Below are positions 10,665 to 20,100 of a DNA stretch of 64,000 nt, piece by piece. The notes under the pieces were generated by a model, which ran no database searches, had not been told where the DNA came from, and worked only from the letters and a program-made list of their open reading frames with translations. The DNA comes from an uncultured Verrucomicrobiae bacterium (GTDB lineage: Bacteria > Verrucomicrobiota > Verrucomicrobiia > Chthoniobacterales > JAATET01): NCBI GenBank assembly GCA_963740185.1, contig CAVUDH010000015.1, forward strand, positions 646 through 64,645, in the 5' to 3' direction. Positions within the stretch are counted from its first letter, which is position 1; each line of letters opens with the position of its first letter. The translations under genes were made by a program, and so were the position numbers.

Positions 10665-13099
10665 GGACGATCGGCGCGGATCGTGCGGACTCGTTCGATC
10701 TCGATTCGCCCCGGGGCGTTGGTCGGGATCGATTCGGAATTGATTGATCGTTCCTTCCCACTGCGGGCTCTGGGCCAGGTCGACCGGTAGGTTTGAAATT
10801 CGTCGCCGGACTGCGACGGAAAAGGTGATGCAATGCTCTGGCGTCCACTTCGCCGATCTTTTCGGCGGTCCAGAAGATCGATCCCCGCGTGCCCGTTCTC
10901 GACTTCATGGTGATCTCGATGAGCGTCGAACCTCTCGGCGGCGAAGCTGCAGCATCGGCGGGCGAGAGGAAGGCGGGGTCCTCGCCGACGCTCACGGCGA
11001 TTTCGCGACCCTCCTCGAGTGCGACGTCCGTCACCCCTTGAAGTGGCCGCAGGTAGAGGCTGGCTTCGCCGGATTCGAAGTTCGAGATCGAGACCGTTTT
11101 CCGGCAGACCCAACTTCCGTCGCGTAGCGTTCGCTGTAGACGGAATGCACGTCGGCCCACTTGGCGTCGGTCTCGAAACCTGGCACTTCCGCGGCCGGCG
11201 GGAGCGGTATTGCGTAGGGGCCGCGACGATCGGAGAGGACGTCGCGGATGGCACTGAGTTTGCCGAAACCTTCCTCTGCCGAAGGTTCGACGTGGCCACC
11301 TTCGCCCCATTCGTTCCAGGCTTCGAAGAGCGCAAGGCGGGGCTCGTCCTCGACGTAAGTCGGGCAACTCTCGAGCATTCGGCGAAACGCGCCGGGCGTG
11401 TTTCCGTCGTGCGGACGGAGCCTTCCGGCGAGCGGCCGTAGTCGTCCCAGCCCACCCAAGCGACCGGGATGTAATCGAGACCCTGCTCGTGCGCCTCGGC
11501 CTGAGCGGTCGCGTAGGCTTCGCGGTGACGCGGGATCAGGGCGGGGTAGGGGAGCTCGAATCCGCTCGCGATCGACGGTCTTCGCCACGTCGCGGAAGCC
11601 GTAGGCATACGCGGTGACGCAGTCGAACCCGGCGGCGTCGAAGTCGACAGGTAGGGCATGATGTGGACGGCGACGAAGTAGACGCCTTCGTGGCCGCCTT
11701 GGACTTGGCGAATGGCCCGCATGCGGTCGAGCGCTCGCTCATCTTCGCGAGGCCGCCGATTTCCCGATGATCTTGATCGGGGTGTGGAGGAAGACGACGG
11801 GTTTGCCGTCGACCTTCAGGTAATTCGGTTGGCTGAAATATTTGTCGCAGAGGATCGTCATCGCGTCGGCGAGCGCTTCGTCGGAGAACGACTCGGGCTT
11901 GAATTCCGCGGCGTGATTTTCGGTGCACCAATTGACGGCGAATTCCATCTGCGACGAGAAGCGGCTCTTCGAGGAACCCCTCGTCGAGCGCGTCGTTGAG
12001 GTATTCCATCCCCTGGTTCTGATACCAACAGAAGATGAAGAAGGAGATGCCGTGCTCGATGGCCCACCAGGTGTGCCAGTCGGCGACCTCGGGCAAGGCC
12101 TCGTCGTAGTAGCCGAGTAGGGGGTCCAGGTAGGGGACGTCGCGAACGCCCCAGTCGGCGCGATCCCAATCGAGGGTGACGGGAAGATAGTAGGCTCCGA
12201 GTTTCATGTCCATCTTCGGGGAGGACGGGTGGGGGAGGTCCTTGGTGGCGAGTCTCGATTTCCTCGGCGAAGGTGACGAAGGGGAGGGTGGTGACGGTGA
12301 GACGTTTTTGGTTCTCCACCGACTTTCGCGGTGACGTTGGCGGTGATCGGTTTCGAGAGATCTTCGGGAAACCGGTGAGCGGGATTGCGCGCTCGTACGT
12401 CTCTCCGTAGCCGAGCCGACCGATATCCAGGTGACTTGTGTCCGCCGTCGAGAGACCGGCGGGGAGGTCGAGATTTGATCTCGAGACGTCGTCGTAGACC
12501 GCGAGCCGCGGTTTTCCACGCGGAGGTCGAGCGTGGCGTCCTGGCCGGCATTTTTGCGGATCTGTGAGCAGACGAGGTCGACGGAGAGGCTGTCGGGGCG
12601 GACGGTGGCGGGCTGGAGGGTGAAGTCGGCGAAGTCGGCGGCCCACCCGGATGGGATGTAGATGACGATTCGCGCCTTGACCGCCTGCTCCGGCGCGATG
12701 ACTTCGTAGCGGTAGGGAGTCCATTGGCCAGGGATCATCACGCCCATCATGGCGTATTCGGTGCCGAGTTCCCGGCCCTTCGCGTCGAGCCAGACGAGGT
12801 GGGCGCTGAAGTTCATCTCGCCTTCGATGTGCCCGATCTGGACGCTGAAGTCGTAGCCTTGGAGCGGCTGGACCGCGAAGGGCCTGGATCCCACGTTGAG
12901 CGGGCCGGTCCCGCGAGCGTCGACTCGCAGCACGAATGGATTCGTTTCATCGCCGGATTCGATGGCGACGTGACCCTCGTGCTGCGGCGCGACGTTCCAC
13001 GACTCGAGGGAGGTGTCCAGATTTGAAAGATCGGCTGCCGAGCCCGGTGGATGAAACCAAAACGGTAATAACGAGAGAGTAAACCGGGAAAAAACGCAT
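10661..13099 (-). pseudogene. Secreted multidomain protein: CBM-like + CARDB-like + GH99-like (WbsX-type) catalytic-like domain + C-terminal beta domain; at least 8 frame changes
   Basis: Signal peptide MRFFPVYSLVITVLVSSTG. Next, LRVDARGTGPLNVGSRPFAVQPLQGYDFSVQIGHIEGEMNFSAHLVWLD. The WbsX/GH99-like blocks are MKLGAYYLPVTLDWDRADWG, PLLGYYDEALPEVADWHTWWAIEHGISFFIFCWY, FAVNWCTENH, YLKVDGKPVVFL, DYIPVAWVGWDD and LFEAWNEWGEGGHVEP. Confidence 0.6.
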
Positions 13100-13135
13100 A
13101 TCGAGACTGGGTGGTGATGGCTACTGCTGTCCGAT

Positions 13136-13149
13136 AGTAAACGTTACGT
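13136..13149. promoter_or_regulatory. Candidate LacI-type operator / ACGTAACG motif copy in the divergent region between 10661..13099 and lacI-family 13268..14347
   Basis: aGTAAACGTTACGT has an AACGTT palindromic core and GTAA/TTAC arms. It lies 40-50 nt upstream of ATG 13099. Confidence 0.3.
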
Positions 13150-13267
13150 GTCAAGGGCGGTCAGGTTCAGCCGTTCCGATGAGGCTTGCGGGTGGTTTCG
13201 GAGCGTCATAGAAGGACTCCCAGCCTATGTGCGACGCCCGCTTCCCCGAGTCCCCCGGTTCTCCTTC

Positions 13268-14347
13268 ATGAAAACCACCGTCGGTCGGAGATCGAGTGGC
13301 CGAATCACGCTACGGGACATCGCGAAGGACGCGGGGGTTACGGCGGCGACGGTATCCGACATTTTGAACGAGCGTGAGCGGTGCTGGGCCTCGGCGGAGA
13401 CGAAGGAGCGCGTGCGGGCCGCGGCTGATCGGCTCGGATATCGTGTAAACCGCGCGGCGCGCCTGCTGCGGACCGGCAATTCCGGTCTCATGGGCATCCT
13501 CATCAGCGACATCTTGAATCCTTTTTACATCTCCCTCGCGCATTCTCTGGAGGTCTCGCTGGAAGCCGCTGGCTACGAGGTCGTGATCGAGGACTGCGCC
13601 GGGGACCCGGCGCGGGAGGCGCGAGCCATTCGCAATCTTCTCTCGCTGAGCGTGGACGGCATGGTCTGCGCCACGCAGTTCTCCGACGAGAACATCGCGA
13701 CCTTGCGAGAATACCGGCAGTCGGGGCAGCGGCTGGTTTTCGTCGGCACGCCGCCCGCGCAGCTCGAAGTCCGGACCGTTCGAGTGGACGACAACGACGC
13801 GTTTGCCGACCTCGCGGAGTTACTGCGGGCCACGGGCCACGAGCGCATCGCTTACGTCTCAGCCCAGCGACTTCCCGCGAAAGATTCCACTCGGGAGGAG
13901 CGTCTGCGGCGGGCCCTCGAGGGCGTCGGTCTCTCGCTCGCCAAGGACTTGGTCGCGGAGTGTCCCCCCTCGCTCGACGAAGTCGCCCGCGCCGTGCGCG
14001 AGCTGTGCGAACTCCCCGCCCGCCGACGTCCCACGGCGATCTGCGCGATCAACGACATCACCGCCGTGGCCGTGGTCCGTGCCATTCTCGACACTGGCCT
14101 GCGGTTTCCGGAGGACATTTCGGTCGTTGGCTTCGACGACATCGACCTCGCACGCTGGCTGCCGTGCCGGTTGACGACGATCTCACAAGGCTACGGGCTG
14201 ATCGCTGAGGAGAGCGTGCGCTTGCTGCGGGAAGATTCCGACGCGGCGGGCGTCGTGCCACCGATTGTTGTCACCGCGAAATTGATGATCCGGGACTCCG
14301 TGGTCCCGGTTGCTCAACCGGTCAGTGCTTCTCGATCTCAAGGCTGA
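13268..14347 (+). CDS. LacI-family transcriptional regulator (intact)
   Basis: HTH ITLRDIAKDAGVTAATVSDILNERERCWASAETKERVRAAADRLGYRVNRAARLLRTG, followed by a periplasmic-binding-like fold (GILISDILNPFY..VVGFDDIDLARW). Confidence 0.9.
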   Translation: MKTTVGRRSSGRITLRDIAKDAGVTAATVSDILNERERCWASAETKERVRAAADRLGYRVNRAARLLRTGNSGLMGILISDILNPFYISLAHSLEVSLEAAGYEVVIEDCAGDPAREARAIRNLLSLSVDGMVCATQFSDENIATLREYRQSGQRLVFVGTPPAQLEVRTVRVDDNDAFADLAELLRATGHERIAYVSAQRLPAKDSTREERLRRALEGVGLSLAKDLVAECPPSLDEVARAVRELCELPARRRPTAICAINDITAVAVVRAILDTGLRFPEDISVVGFDDIDLARWLPCRLTTISQGYGLIAEESVRLLREDSDAAGVVPPIVVTAKLMIRDSVVPVAQPVSASRSQG

Positions 14348-15186
14348 CCGCCCCGTTATCGCCTGAGCCATAATCGACGGTCCCGGTGAAGCCATCTGGC
14401 AATCCCTCGATGAAGACGTCGCCAAATTCTCCGGTGAGCTTGCCGGAATACGTGATCAGCGGATAAGTCGCGTTATCCGTCGGCGCGAGGGCTTCGGCGT
14501 TCACTTTGAGCGTCGCGTTTTCGCCACCCAGCGTGACGTTGACCGCCTCGATTTTGCTGATGCCCGAGGCGTCGAAAACGAGATTGATGATCGCCTTACC
14601 GCCGACGCTACCCAGGTCCACATCCGCCGTCGGCGTCCCCCACGCCAGACCACTGCCTTCGATGGTCAACTCGCCGACGACTGCTTGATTCATAGCATCC
14701 GAGCCGACCCAGAAACGATCGGAAACTACGACCGCCCCGCCGGAGAACTTCACCATTGCGCTGCGCCCGTGGGGATTGGTCGCGGCGAGGTAAAATTTCG
14801 GTGCCGCGATGCGGCCGCCCTCCTTTAGATCGAGCGACGCCGTGCCGGTGCCGCTCACGCCATTGAAGCCACTGAATCCCACGTAGAGGTTGTTCTTCCC
14901 GACTTCGAGGTGCCCGCCGGAATCGACGATCAGCCCGGAATTATTGCCGAGTGCCAGCCGCGCAACCTCGGCGGGCTCGGAGAGCGTCGCGGAGTGTGCC
15001 TCGTCGAGCACGGCGGCGTCGTTGATCCCGGGTGGGCCGTCGGGGCTCCAGTTTCCGGGCTCGAGGAAGCTCCCGCCGTCCTCACCGGTAAATTTGAAAT
15101 CGGCGGCGGAGGCCCAGGGGGCACTCAGCGCGGCGGCGAGAGCGAAGAGCGGACAATAAGCGACGGGAGGGACGAAGATTCAGCAT
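14322..15186 (-). pseudogene. Secreted paralog of the 4843..5795 PEP-CTERM protein, lacking the PEP-CTERM anchor; 1 frame change near 15160
   Basis: ATG 15186 (MLNLRPSRRLL), then a shifted frame gives FALAAALSAPWASAADF (signal peptide). The body aligns with 4843..5795 (DRFWVGSDAMNQAVVGELTIEG vs DRFWVGNAAVNDAVTGTVSVNG; YSGKLTGEFGDV vs YSGALSGTFGTV). It ends AVSLEIEKH-stop exactly where the paralog continues VTAVPEPS. Confidence 0.65.
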
Positions 15187-15197
15187 ATCAAAGAGGG

Positions 15198-15214
15198 AAC
15201 GTTGCGTTACGTAT
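15198..15214. promoter_or_regulatory. ACGTAACG motif copy (AACGTTGCGTTACGTAT), 12-28 nt upstream of ATG 15186
   Basis: On the coding (minus) strand it reads tatACGTAACGCAACGTTccc. Confidence 0.3.
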
Positions 15215-15238
15215 AACCGCATTGACCGGTGCGGCAAT

Positions 15239-15268
15239 TGCAAAGTGGGCGGGTGCAAAGTGGGCGGG
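15239..15268. repeat. Perfect 15-bp tandem duplication TGCAAAGTGGGCGGG x2
   Basis: The units at 15239..15253 and 15254..15268 are identical. They sit 53-82 nt upstream of ATG 15186 (minus-strand gene). Confidence 0.9.
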
Positions 15269-15293
15269 AGATCACCCGGGCGGCAGCGCGGTA

Positions 15294-15501
15294 TGTGTTT
15301 AGCGAGTTAGACTGACTCAAGGAGCAGGGTTGAGTGTTGATGGAGGTTGAGTGTTGATTGGAATACGACAACGAGAAGTTCCCGTCGTGCGAGGCATTGG
15401 AAGCTCCCACTCAACCTTCAACAATAGCCACTCAACATCCTGCGGGCACTGGACGCAGGCATTGTTGGCGGCTGGAAGCCGCCACTCCGGGCGCTAAACA
15501 C
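15294..15501. other. About 210-bp non-coding element bounded by 11-bp inverted repeats and containing nested hairpins (MITE-like or structured RNA)
   Basis: TGTGTTTAGCG (15294..15304) pairs with CGCTAAACACA (15492..15502). GGTTGAGTGTTGAT occurs twice (15328, 15345), facing CACTCAAC twice (15408, 15430). Further hairpins are CCTGCG..CGCAGG (15439..15459) and GGCGGCtggaaGCCGCC (15468..15484). Confidence 0.4.
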
Positions 15502-15523
15502 ACACGTAGCCCGGTGGCCGCCA

Positions 15524-17026
15524 TCATTTCAACGTCTTGGCGTCAGCCGCGTGCAGCTCGCGCATTCTCTCGAGCTCCGCGGTGAATGCCGGGTTGGCGG
15601 CCAGATTCGTGAGTTCCTGCGGATCGTTTTTCCAATCGAAGAGTTCCTCGTAAACCGGCTTGCGGTCGATGTAGCGGATGTATTTCCATTTCCGGTCGAA
15701 GACGGCTTCCGTCGGCAGGATTTGGCCCGCGTGCCGGTAGGGATGCTCGAAGAACGCGTGCGTGCGCCAGCCAGGTCGGCCGGTCAGAGCGTCGTAAATG
15801 TCGCCTCCCTGCATGGTCGGTGGCACCGGGACGCCCGCGAGCGCGAGCATGGTGGTCGTGAAATCGATCGTCAGGATCATCGCGTCGCTGGTGGCGGGAA
15901 GATCAATGCCGGGCCGCAGATCATGAACAAACCCCGGAACTCGGATCGACGGATCGTAGGTCAGCCATTTTCCCGTGAGCCCGAACTCGCCGTGAAAATA
16001 TCCGTGATCCGAGGTGAAGAGGATCACGGTGTTGTCCGCCAGTCCGCGCGCTTCGAGTTCCTTCACGAGTTGACCGACGGCGTCGTCCACGCTCATGACG
16101 AGCCGCGCCTCAGCCCGGATGTTCCCCTGCAGTAGTCCCTTTTTATCCAAATACTTTTTGCCCTCGATCCGCCCGAGGTGTCGCTCGAAAAATTCGGGCC
16201 GCGTGTCGGCGGCGGCGTGGGTGGCCGTCGCGGGAATCGGGAGGTTCACGGTCTTGTAGGCATCCGCGAATCGCGGCTCGAAGTCGCTCACCGGGTTGTG
16301 CGGTGCCTTGAACGATACCGAGAGACAAAATGGCTTCCCTGCCGGTGCCGCGTCCAGAAACTGGCGGACCTTGATCGGGACGACCTGACCGTCGACGTGG
16401 ATCGGATCAGCGAGTCCCTTGCGCCCGAACCGGTTCTCGAATCCTTGCTTGCCGGCTTCCGGGTGCGGGCAGTCGCAGAGGTTGTCCGGGCCATTGGTTA
16501 GCACGTAGCGACAATCTTTTTCGTGCCAATAATTCGTCTGACGCGGCTGCCCTGCCCAAAAATCGAAGTAACCCGCCGCCTTCGTACTCAACTCAGGCGT
16601 GTCGCCGACGCCCCACTTGCCGATGAAGCCCGTGTAGTAACCACCTTTTCGAAGGAGGACCGGATAGAGCTCCTCACTCTGTTCCTCGGTAAAGGTCTTC
16701 ACGAAATCATCGATCCCGTGTCGGCGCGGATACTGACCGGTCAGGATGCTCGCCCGGCTGATGGAGCAGATGGGGGCTACGGCGAAGCAATTCGTGAGAA
16801 TGGTTCCCTCTCTAGCGAGGCGATCTAGGTTCGGAGTCTGGATTCGATCGTCCGCGTAGCCGATCCAGTCCCAGCGCTGATCGTCCGTGAGGAGAAAGAC
16901 GATGTTGGGAGGGGCGGGCTCTGCGGTGGTCGAAGTTTCCACTCCGAAGGTGGGCCGAGAGAAAAACAAGAGGGTCGTGAGGAGAAGAAAGCGGATCACT
17001 CGGGCAGGGGGCATCGGTGGCTGCAT
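15524..17026 (-). CDS. Sulfatase (intact) with a non-canonical C-S-I-S-R active-site motif
   Basis: PNIVFLLTDDQRWDWIGY, NCFAVAPICSISRASILTGQYPRRHG, TVILFTSDHGYFHGEFGLTGKW. The ATG at 17026 (MQPPMPPARVIRFLLLTTLLFFS signal) is preferred over the TTG at 17059. Confidence 0.9.
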   Translation of the reverse strand: MQPPMPPARVIRFLLLTTLLFFSRPTFGVETSTTAEPAPPNIVFLLTDDQRWDWIGYADDRIQTPNLDRLAREGTILTNCFAVAPICSISRASILTGQYPRRHGIDDFVKTFTEEQSEELYPVLLRKGGYYTGFIGKWGVGDTPELSTKAAGYFDFWAGQPRQTNYWHEKDCRYVLTNGPDNLCDCPHPEAGKQGFENRFGRKGLADPIHVDGQVVPIKVRQFLDAAPAGKPFCLSVSFKAPHNPVSDFEPRFADAYKTVNLPIPATATHAAADTRPEFFERHLGRIEGKKYLDKKGLLQGNIRAEARLVMSVDDAVGQLVKELEARGLADNTVILFTSDHGYFHGEFGLTGKWLTYDPSIRVPGFVHDLRPGIDLPATSDAMILTIDFTTTMLALAGVPVPPTMQGGDIYDALTGRPGWRTHAFFEHPYRHAGQILPTEAVFDRKWKYIRYIDRKPVYEELFDWKNDPQELTNLAANPAFTAELERMRELHAADAKTLK

Positions 17027-17027
17027 A

Positions 17028-17035
17028 ACGTAACG
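17028..17035. promoter_or_regulatory. ACGTAACG motif copy in the divergent region between the sulfatase (ATG 17026) and the 17131..20268 GH-like gene
   Basis: The plus strand reads cataACGTAACGatatc. It lies 96 nt upstream of ATG 17131 and 2 nt upstream of ATG 17026. Confidence 0.3.
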
Positions 17036-17130
17036 ATATCTATGAGCGATGCGCCGCAAAGCGTCAATCCAGCGACTCCATACTAATCGTTCCTTGTCAC
17101 GCTGTGTTCTCGCATTTACGCCTTCCGCTA

Positions 17131-20100
17131 ATGAGCACTCATCCCGCGACTTCCCGCCTTCTCGAACTCTGGGGCGATCCCCCTGCCGCCTATCGGGGCA
17201 AGCCGTTTTGGTCCTGGAACGGCAAATTGGAGAAGGACGAACTCCTTCGCCAGATCGGCATCCTGAAGGAAATGGGGTTTGGTGGATTTTTTATGCACTC
17301 GCGCACCGGGCTGGTCACCGAGTATCTGGGCGACGAGTGGTTCGACCTGATCAATGCATGCGCGGACGAGGCCGAGCGGCTGGGCATGGAGGCGTGGCTC
17401 TACGACGACGACCGTTGGCCGAGCGGATCGGCGGGCGGTATCGCCACGCGCGACCCCCAATACCGCATGCGCTACCTGCGGATGAAGATGACGCCTTCCG
17501 AATCGTTCGAGTGGAGCGACGGGACGCTCGCGGCGTTCACGTGCAGCCCGGCGGGCTTTCACCAGGAGGGCTTCCAATACCACGAGGGTCGGCGAATCAC
17601 TGAGACCGACGCCGCCACCCTGCCCGCGGGCAAGACCGTTCTAACCTTTCACGTCGAAGTGATGGCACCCGACACGTTCTACAACGGGTCGTCCTACCTC
17701 GACACGATGAACCCCACCGCAACGCGGCACTTCCTCGACGTCACGCACGAGCGCTACGCCGCGCGCTGTGGCGACCGCCTGGGGCGCTCCATCAAGGGCA
17801 TTTTCACCGACGAACCTCACCGCGGGATGGTGATGAGCAGCTTCGCCGACCACCCGCATTCCTCGTGGGTGATCCCGTGGACCGAGAAGCTGTGCGAGGA
17901 ATTCGAGTCCAAATTCGGAACCGACCTCGTGGCCCATCTGCCCGAGATTTTCCTCCAGCCCTTTGGCCAGAGCGTCGCTCAGGTGAAATGGCAATACATG
18001 GAGCTGCTGCAGACGCTGTTCCTTGAGAACTTCATGCGGCCCGTGCACGAGTGGTGTCAGGACCACGATCTCCTTCTCACCGGGCATCTCCTGCACGAAG
18101 ATTCCCTCTGTTGCCAGGCCGTTCCGAACGGCTCGATGATGCGAAATTACGAGTTTATGGACTTTCCCGGGGTGGACGTCCTCATGGAGGTGAACGTGAA
18201 GTTCTGGATCGTCAAGCAGCTCTCCTCTGCCGCGCGACAGCTCGGAAAAAAATGGCTGCTGTCGGAGCTCTACGGCTGCGCGGGATGGCAAATGACGTTC
18301 CAAGGGCACAAGGCGGTCGGCGATTGGCAGGCGCTTTTCGGGATCAACGTCCGGTGCCCGCACCTCTCCTGGTATACGATGGAAGGCGAGGCTAAGCGCG
18401 ACTACCCAGCGAGCATTCTTCACCAGTCCGCCTGGCATCATCATTACGGCACCGTCGAGGATTACTTCAGCCGGATTCACGTCGCGCTGGAGCAGGGCAC
18501 CCCGGTCTGTCGCCTGCTGGTGATTAATCCGGTGGAATCGGTCTGGGCGCAAATTCGTCACGGTTGGGTGAATCACCTCACCGGATCGACCGCTCCGATC
18601 CAATCTCTCGAGCGCACTTACGAGGAGGTCTTCCAGTGGCTCTCGGGCGTGCAGTTGGACTTTGACTATGGCGACGAGGATTTTCTCGCGCGCATGGCGA
18701 GTATCGACACCACGGGTGACGCCCCGGAACTGGTCGTCGGGTTGGCGCGCTACCGGGCCGTGCTTGTCGCGGGGCTCGCCACGATTCGGAGTTCCACGCT
18801 GGATTTGCTCGAAGCGTTCGTTGACGCCGGCGGGAAATTGATCTTCGCCGGAGACGTGGCCAGGCACGTCGATGCCTTGGCGTCCGACCGCGTCGCGGCA
18901 CTACGCGACCGCGCCGTTGCCGTTCCGTTCTATCAGGATGCAATGACGCGCGCCTGCCGACAGGCCGTTCCGCCGGAAGTCGAGGTGCTCGATCCCGAAG
19001 GCGGTTACAACATTCCCAGCGTCTTCGCGCAGGTGCGCGACGGGGACGACGGGCGGTTCGTGATGCTGCTGCGCACCCAGCGGGAGCGCTGTCTTCGCGG
19101 CTCTGTCGTGCGTCTGCGGGGCACCGGCCACGTGGAGGAATGGGACTGTCGCACCGGCGAGCGCTTCAACGTGGAGGCGCGGCAAGACGATGGCTGGCTG
19201 AATTTTACGACCGACTTCGCGCCCTCGGGTGAGCACCTGTATCGGATCGTCGAGTCGCCCGATCCCACGCTCGGCTGGCGCGTCGTGCCGGAGGAAATCC
19301 GACGCGAGCCGCTGGACATCGCGTTTCCGTTCCGGCTCCACGAGCCAAACATCTGCGTCCTGGATCGCGCATCTTACCGGATCGACGGCGGCGAGTGGCG
19401 GGAGCCGCAGGAAATTCTGAAAGTCGACCGGGCGATCCGATCCGCGCTCGGACTGGAATTCCGCGGCGGTCGCATGTTGCAACCGTGGTTCAGGCGAGGT
19501 TCGGAAAATCCCACGCCGACCCGCGTGGGGCTGCGTTTCGAATTTTCCGTCGAAGACCTGCCACAAACTCCGGTCGAACTCGTTCTGGAGCGACCCGAGC
19601 AGTATGTCGCGATCTCCCTCAACGGAACTCCGCTCGACGCAGACAGCGCCGCCGGGTGGTGGGTGGACAAATGCTTCGACCGGCTCCCCGTTCCGGACGG
19701 ACTTCTGCGGGAAGGAACCAACGCGATCGAACTCGAAATCGATTTCCACGGTGACGTGGACATCGAAGCGATCTACCTCGCGGGAGAATTCGGCGTGCGA
19801 GTGGCGGGCACCCGCGTGACGCTGACCCCGCTCCCCGAAAGCCTCGTGCCGGGATGTGTGACCGAGCAGGGGCTGCCATTTTACGGAGCCGCGATCACCT
19901 ACCGAATCCCCGCAAACGCAATCCCCACGGACGCCGGGCCGGGACGCGCTTGGGTGCGATTACCCAAATGTGAAGCCGCTTGCGTCCGCGTGTCCGCAGC
20001 CGGCGGCGAGCCGCAGATGATCGCCTTCGAGCCCCTCGAGGCAGACATCACCGAGTGGATCGGCACCGGGTGTGACATTGAACTTGAGGTCATCCTCACT

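Noticed and set aside
17641-18867. 408-aa minus-strand ORF inside the GH-like gene
   Set aside because: It is the antisense shadow of the intact 17131..20268 gene. It is Arg/Gly/Pro/His-rich with no recognisable motifs, which is typical of high-GC antisense ORFs.
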